Positions 57,471 to 64,000 of a DNA stretch of 64,000 bases are shown here, piece by piece; position 1 is the stretch's first letter, and each line of letters opens with the position of its first letter. The stretch covers positions 100,440,001-100,504,000 of the forward strand of contig OX597818.1 in NCBI GenBank assembly GCA_951406725.2, read 5' to 3'. This stretch comes from Octopus vulgaris (lineage: Eukaryota). Below the pieces are notes generated by a model. The model was given only the letters and a program-made list of their open reading frames with translations, was not told the DNA's origin and made no database searches. The position numbers and the translations under genes were made by a program.

Positions 57471-57544
57471 AAGAAATGCACCCCTATACAACAACAAAAC
57501 CAACGATGACGAGCACAACAGAAACAACCGCAAAAACGATAACA

Positions 57545-57583
57545 ATGATGATATTGATGATATTGATGATGTTGATGATGATG

Positions 57584-57669
<86 letters not shown>
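57545..57669. repeat. (GAT)n microsatellite
   Basis: Direct reading. Confidence 0.95.
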
Positions 57670-57679
57670 CTGTTCTCTG

Positions 57680-58035
57680 AAATATTGGCGGAAGAGGTTA
57701 GTCGATAATATCGACCCTTGTGTTACCTTGGTACTTATTCAATCATGATAGACGAAAGAGATTTCGGCGGATGAAAGGCAAAGTCAACCTCGGCGGAATT
57801 TGAACTCAGAACGTAATGGCAGACGAAATACCTATTTCTTTACTACCAACAATGGGCTAAACACAGAGGAGACAAACAAGGACAGACAAACGGATTAAGT
57901 CGATTACATCGACCCCAGTGCGTAACTGGTACTTATTTAATCGACCCCGAAAGGATGAAAGGCAAAGTCCATCTCGGCGGAATTTGAACTCAAAACGTAA
58001 CGGCAGATGAAATACCGCTAAGCATTTCGCCCGAC
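57680..58035 (-). mobile_element. SINE family E, head-to-tail partial dimer
   Basis: GGATGAAAGGCAAAGTC..CTCGGCGGAATTTGAACTCA occurs at ~57770 and ~57955. Confidence 0.85.
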
Positions 58036-58059
58036 AAACATGTCTAAAAAAATTTATCA

Positions 58060-58340
58060 TCCTCGTGGAGAAAACACAAATTTATGGAACAGAAAGATAT
58101 TTTTCCCACTAAACAAAAAGTGTACCAACCAGGTTCATATGTATGCAAAGATCAACTCTTAATCTATCGCATGATCCCTGAGAACTATCGTAACAAACGC
58201 AGAAATCTAAGTTCTGCATGGATTGATTAAAAAAAGGCCTTCGACAGTATACATAGATGTTGACGTTGCTGGATATCTTCAAAATTTCTCCTGTCATTTC
58301 AAACTTCCTGAAGCACAACATGTATTTGAGTGTTAATACC
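58060..58340 (+). mobile_element. R4-like RT fragment
   Basis: CKDQLLI...RNLSSAWID*KK.FDS. Confidence 0.75.
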
Positions 58341-59013
58341 TCCAAGCAAATCAATTAGCATTGATATCACGGCTATTTTCTTCATTTCTCAGAACCTGCG
58401 TATTTCCCCAACCTGCGTATTTCTCACAACCTGCGTATTTTTTTCTTTCTCTTCGATCTTTTCCTAACCAGGAAATGCTATGTCGATTAACATCCATGAT
58501 CCCCTTTTTCTTTTTTCAGCAAACTATGTCAGGCTTCCAATTATGTCATCATTTTCTGTAATTCCTCCAGGGATTTGGTCATAGCATGTCTTTGATCTTT
58601 GTACGCCATTATCATCATTATTTGTAGTATTAGTAGTAGTAGCCACAGCAGAAGCAGTAGTAGTAGTTGTAGTAATAGTAGTTTCTCTTTCAATTTTGTC
58701 TCCATTTTTTACTGACTGTCTTCCCGACTCGCAGGGTAAAGAAACACACTGTTTTCATTGATAGACCAGTAAAAAAAAACATACACAAATTCAAAGGAAT
58801 AAAACAAAGATAAAAAAATAAATACCAAAGCAGAATTAAAATACATTGGTAGCAGTCGTTCTCGCATCGACAATGCTCTTCTTTTAATTTTTATTATGCA
58901 TGTTTAATGCAATCCCTTGTCGGAATATATTCAGCGATCTAGGGCAAGTGAAGGGTGAGAAAGCTTGGGGAGTGGATATGGGGAAATAAGTGTGGAAATA
59001 CATGTATATAATA

Positions 59014-59420
59014 CTAGCAGCTAAGCCCGGTTTCACCCGGTGTGTTTGGATGATATAGCTGCCATCCTTTTCAGCTAGGCATAATCTATAACAGCGTTTG
59101 TCAACCTTATCATTTCGGGTTCTCTGTTTCGATTGCAGCCTCCAGCTATATGAAAATTTCTTGACCCCACCCCGTAAGAAAACAGCTTCTAGGCAACTGG
59201 TTGTTTTAATGGCAGAAGAAAGAGGAAAATTCTATTAGAAAAAGTTTTAATGGATTTTCTCGGTAGGTATGGGAGTTAGGAAAAAATACAAATTGCATTC
59301 CAATCTATTCATCTGTCTTCACATGTGTGAAGTTTTTCATGCGAATCCACCCAGCCGTTTGGCTGTGAACCTTAAGTCAAGGAAGAATACAACAATCACC
59401 CATGTCCAATTCATATTGGA
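59014..59420 (-). mobile_element. Non-autonomous Helitron, second family
   Basis: Minus-strand 3' end CCGGGTGAAACCGGGC...CTAG|T; 5' boundary approximate. Confidence 0.7.
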
Positions 59421-59534
59421 TTTTTCTAAGGATGTGGGCAGTAATTGACAGCACAATCTTTTGAATTTCTTTGGGACATAGTACACTTGGGGTAATGTCT
59501 ATATGTTACTGATTTCGTTTTCTGATCATATATA

Positions 59535-59913
59535 GGCCAGCTCTTGAAAAAACGCCGCCGCCGTGGTGATCTCATTCTCGCCCACAACATTATAAGCGGA
59601 AAGTGTAACCTCTCGAAAGAGCTGTTCTTCACTCCTGCTCCAGAGCGTCGGCTGCGGGGTCATTCCGAAAAGCTCTACCTGCGACGATTTCATCTCAATC
59701 GAAGGAGAGGAGCTTTCTCCGTCCGGGTTGCGGATCCGTGGAACAAGCTGCCAGACGAGATGGTGAAGATGCCGACGACCGCTTTGTTCAAAGCCTCCCT
59801 TGACCTCAAGTGGCCTGAACTCTTTACATGAACACCACCCTGTACTTAACTCCATGTCCCCCTACATGGCCTTGCTATTTGCTTTTGAGCCAAATTAACT
59901 AACTAACTAACTA
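59535..59913 (+). mobile_element. CR1 LINE 3' fragment with (TAAC)n tail
   Basis: RRRRGDLI...LRGHSEKL...FSVRVADPWNKLP...FKASLD. Confidence 0.92.
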
Positions 59914-60844
59914 GAACAGGTTTTGCTTTCAGTTACCACATATCTTCATTTCAATTTCCAGATCCTTATATTTACTCAGTGTGTCAAATTGCTTTACTGA
60001 TATACTGATATATCAGAGGGAAAACTCACATCCAATAGTCTACATATCTTTTCTTCCCCGTTTTTAATAATTATGTCTGGTCAATTATCTTGGATTGTTC
60101 TCTCGGTTTGACTGGGAAATCATAGTGAATGGTAACGTTTAACTTCAACGATTGGCTCAGGATGATTTATACGAGCTAGAAAGAGTATATTTTTGTAGAG
60201 TTTACATATTTTCCAATGTAAATACTGTACCGCCCGGCGCCGTCTCCTCTTCTCCGCCTCGTCCTCACCTCATCCTCCTTTTCTCTTGGCTCTTACTGTA
60301 GTAGTAGTGGTGGTTGTTATTCACTTTATTTTTATTCTTATATAACGTTGAAATTAACAGTGTAACTTGAAGTAGTAAATTGTAAATGTATATAGTGTGG
60401 ACGAAAATACCGAGCACTAACATACGAAATGAGAGAAAAACAAAGTGAAATGGCAGACATTTGAAAGACGAGGAGACGAAGTGAGAAGCTGACGTGGGAG
60501 TAGAGGCGTATGAAGAAGCATAGATAAAAAGTGTATGAAATATATTGAAAAATTATATTAGAAATTTGTTGGGAAGAAAAAAAGGTTGCGATAACTTTTA
60601 GCCGTTCATCAGCTCTTATTCAATACACTTTTGATCGGCTGTCTTCACCCGGTATATAGATATAGTGAAAATACGCATTCATTATGCCTCTTTTATTCTG
60701 AGAGTATTGCTCCCCATTTCACGGTGTTTTCAGTTCTTTATTTAGTACGTTATGAGACCGCGCAGAGATATCATAACGTACTAAGTCAGCTAATGACTTG
60801 AAGATAAATGACTCAGCATTTCAATTCCCATTGAATGACTGTGA

Positions 60845-61090
60845 AGTTGCGTGGCTTATCGGTTAGGGTGTTGGAATCATGATTGTAAAATCGTGGTTTC
60901 GATTCCTTAACCGGGCTATGCGTTGTGTTTTTGTGCGAACAACTTCATTTTACGATGCTGCAGCCAACGCAACTGACAAAAATGAGTAGCACTGCGATGG
61001 GCCGGCATCCCGTCCAGGTGGGGAATTTTATATGCCATGAAAACCGGGAAACGGGCCCTTGTGCGTCGGCATGACACGGGAAGGTAACTA
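60845..61090 (+). mobile_element. SINE family C
   Basis: Homologous to 21480-21745. Confidence 0.8.
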
Positions 61091-61308
61091 GGTTAGTTTT
61101 AGAAATGCATGGCAATCGGTGTTAGCTTCATCATGCATCCGTAAAATTTTGTTTCGGCAAATGAGGCACATAGAATAAATACTAGTCTAAATAAATACAT
61201 ATGAGGGTCCAATTGTTCGATTAAATTCCCAAAGGCAATGCCTCGGTTATGGCTGCAGTTCAATGACTGAAACAAGTAAATGATAAACGATATGAAAATA
61301 GTTAAATA

Positions 61309-61928
61309 TTGAGTTGTCCGGAAAGTTCGTGCCAATTTATAGTAGCTTACATTTCGACCTATTTTAGAACATGGTTGTGTCTATAAAATAGGATTTGACT
61401 ACACCTCCATTTAGAGCACAGTTGAAGCTATCATTTCGGGGAAGAAGGTTTATAATCTGTGTCGATCCTGTAACCCTTTAAAATAGAAGATAAGAAAGTT
61501 CTTTTTCGGCCCTTGATGATTTGGGAACCAGACAATAATTGCTGCAGCTCGGCTGGGATGTGTTACTTCACCCTCCATGTTCACCAGATATTGCTCCTTC
61601 AGATTTCCACTTATTCTGGTCTCTGCAGAATAGTCTTAATGGTAAAACATTCAATTCCTTGGATGACGTAAAAAGATACCTTGATGAATCCTTTGCCAAG
61701 AAACCACCTCAATTCTGGGAAGAGGGTATTTTCAAGTTAAAGGAAAGATGGTGACGCATTGTGCAACAAAATGGTTCATATTTGGTTGATTAAAAATGTA
61801 ATGGGAAAATGGTTCATATTTGGTTGATTAAAAATGTAATGGGAAAATGGTTCATATTTGGTTGATTAAAAATGTAATGACCTTTTTCATTCGTTTAAAA
61901 ATCGGCAGGAAGTTTTCAGACAACCCAA
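61309..61928 (+). mobile_element. Internally deleted mariner transposon
   Basis: TA-flanked imperfect TIRs (TTGAGTTGTCCGGAAAGTT / AAGTTTTCAGACAACCCAA); HPPCSPDIAPSDFHLF motif; GIFKLKERW. Confidence 0.92.
61768..61879. repeat. 38-bp tandem repeat x3 inside the mariner
   Basis: Units at 61768, 61806, 61844. Confidence 0.95.
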
Positions 61929-63014
61929 TATCACATAAGTTTGCTTGAAAAATTATCATTAGCATGAATATATTAGAGGTGACATTAATTATATATTGAA
62001 ATAGTTATAGTAACGAAAATGAAATGCTATAAGTTTGATAGAGGAAATACTTTGAAATATATTAATATTATACCGAATGTTTGTATATAACCTTCAGATA
62101 TAAATTTTTACAGCGTATTTCATTCGCTAATATTTCACTGAAAAGGTTTTAAACGTTGAAATAAAGATAAATATTACTGATAATTAATAGTTTATGAAGT
62201 GCTAGTTATGATATTATTACACATCTTCAAGCTAAGCTGCAAACAATTTATGCACTTATCTCTAACACATAAAACTAATTGAATTAATCTTAAGAGAGAA
62301 AAATATCAAATGAAATAAATAAACATATATAAATAGAATATCGAAGGAAATTAAAATATCATTTATATTCTACAAGAAATTAGTGCATAAGTTCTCAGCT
62401 ATCATCGCAAACATTTCAATAATTCCATGATTGGACAAGTAATTTTGATATAAATGTCTTTTAGTTTAAGAATTATACGCAAAAAACATCAGCGTTATGA
62501 GAATTATTACTAAAAACTCACCTTTCGTATTAAGAAATATATAAAAGAATTTATCAAATAACACCAAAAACTGTGGGAATTCTGATATATAGTTATAGTT
62601 GTCTCTTGACATATTCGTAAATAAGGCATTTAATATTAATGTACATTAGCTTTTTATGACTTGATAAAATGAGAAAAAACTTAGTTGAAATGCAGGTGGT
62701 ATCGTGCAAAAAGATATGTTCACCTACTGACAGTTACCTTTAATTTGTAAAAAAAGGTTTGTACATTATGTACAGCTATAACACTCCAGTCAAAACAAGT
62801 AGCTCAGGATGCCGTATGTCTGTATTAATTACAAATATATATGTATGTATGTATATATATATATCACTCAGAATTTATATGGATGCTTTATTAGTTTGTT
62901 CTCTGTACCTATCTATAAATCTAGGAGTATATACATACATATCCATACCCACACACGTACATATGTATTCTTAAATACGTATATATTTACACACACACAC
63001 ACATACACACACAG

Positions 63015-63057
<43 letters not shown>

Positions 63058-63420
63058 GACAGAGAGAGAGAGAGATGCATACGTACACGCATAAATGCAC
63101 ACGCAAAAACTCAACGCAGATATATAAATAGATGTTGAAATTATATTACAGATTCAAAACAATTTTTTTTGCAAAAACACCTGAGTATCCCTGCTGAGTG
63201 TATCCATACTGATTGTAAGCTCGAAGTTATTGCGTGTTTCAAGTCATTTTAGTTTCGCCTATCACTTTTTCAATAAGTGATGGTATATTTATCTTTCCTT
63301 ACTTTTATATACGATGGTAAGTGTCAAGAAAAAAAAAGGATTATGTGATGTGATTGTACACCGGAGTGCGTCTACTGACGCACTTTGGAATCTTAATTGC
63401 ACACAATTTAAAAACTATTA

Positions 63421-63689
63421 CTCTTTTACTCTCTTATTATTTTTCTTTAAGTCATTTGACTGTGGCCATGCAGGAGTACCACCTTTAGTCGAGCAAATCG
63501 TCCACAGGACTTATTCTTTCTACGTCTAGTGACGGGGACGTAAACACACCAGCATCTGTTGTCAAGCGATGTTTGGTTGGCCCGAGGCTATAGTAGAAGA
63601 CACTTGGCTAAGGGGCCACGCAGTAGGACTGAACCCTGAATCATGTGGTTCGTAAGCAAGCTACTTACCACACACCCACTCCTACGCCT
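63421..63689 (-). mobile_element. SINE family A, internally deleted
   Basis: Head and tail match 42241-42634; internal microsatellite missing. Confidence 0.88.
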
Positions 63690-64000
63690 AGTGTAGATTT
63701 TGTCATCATAGTACTTGCGCAAAATAAAACAGCAGTTTAATTGGAATAATTCGTGAGAACAGAAAGGAATTACCAGTCCATGAAAATGTGGTTTTGAAAT
63801 CCTCACAGATGCCTACTGCCACACATCGGACTAGTGCAAAAAATCAATGTCTGTTGTTGTTTTGAGTACTTTTCATCAATATGTAGATGTTCCTTCTGAA
63901 AATAACGCTAAGAAGGAGCCTGGTACCAATTTTTTTAATTTTATAACAAAATTAATGATGGCGTAGACGTGCTTGACCAAATGCAAGGGCTTCATTCAAA

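Overview
AT-rich, repeat-dominated animal genomic DNA. The SINE/LINE complement looks like an octopus or other coleoid cephalopod (inference from repeat style, not a database result). No recognisable long host protein-coding gene is present, and most long ORFs in the track are read-through of (TA)n, (CA)n and (TAA)n microsatellites. Main contents: (i) many R4/Dong-type RLE LINE fragments, with the best-preserved ones abutting (TAA)n runs; (ii) a ~13.5 kb (TA)n nest at 33.2-46.7 kb holding two Penelope-like elements, a CR1-group LINE with an intact 1014-aa APE+RT ORF, a second CR1-group copy and a SINE; (iii) a degenerate Tx1/L1-like LINE; (iv) at least five SINE families; (v) MITE/foldback elements carrying CCCTAA repeats, two non-autonomous Helitrons and a deleted mariner. 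Candidate host signals are an RFX X-box + NRF1 promoter near 2.1 kb and a chain of phase-compatible 35-55 nt exons at 48.3-53.8 kb. Boundaries of degenerate elements are approximate.
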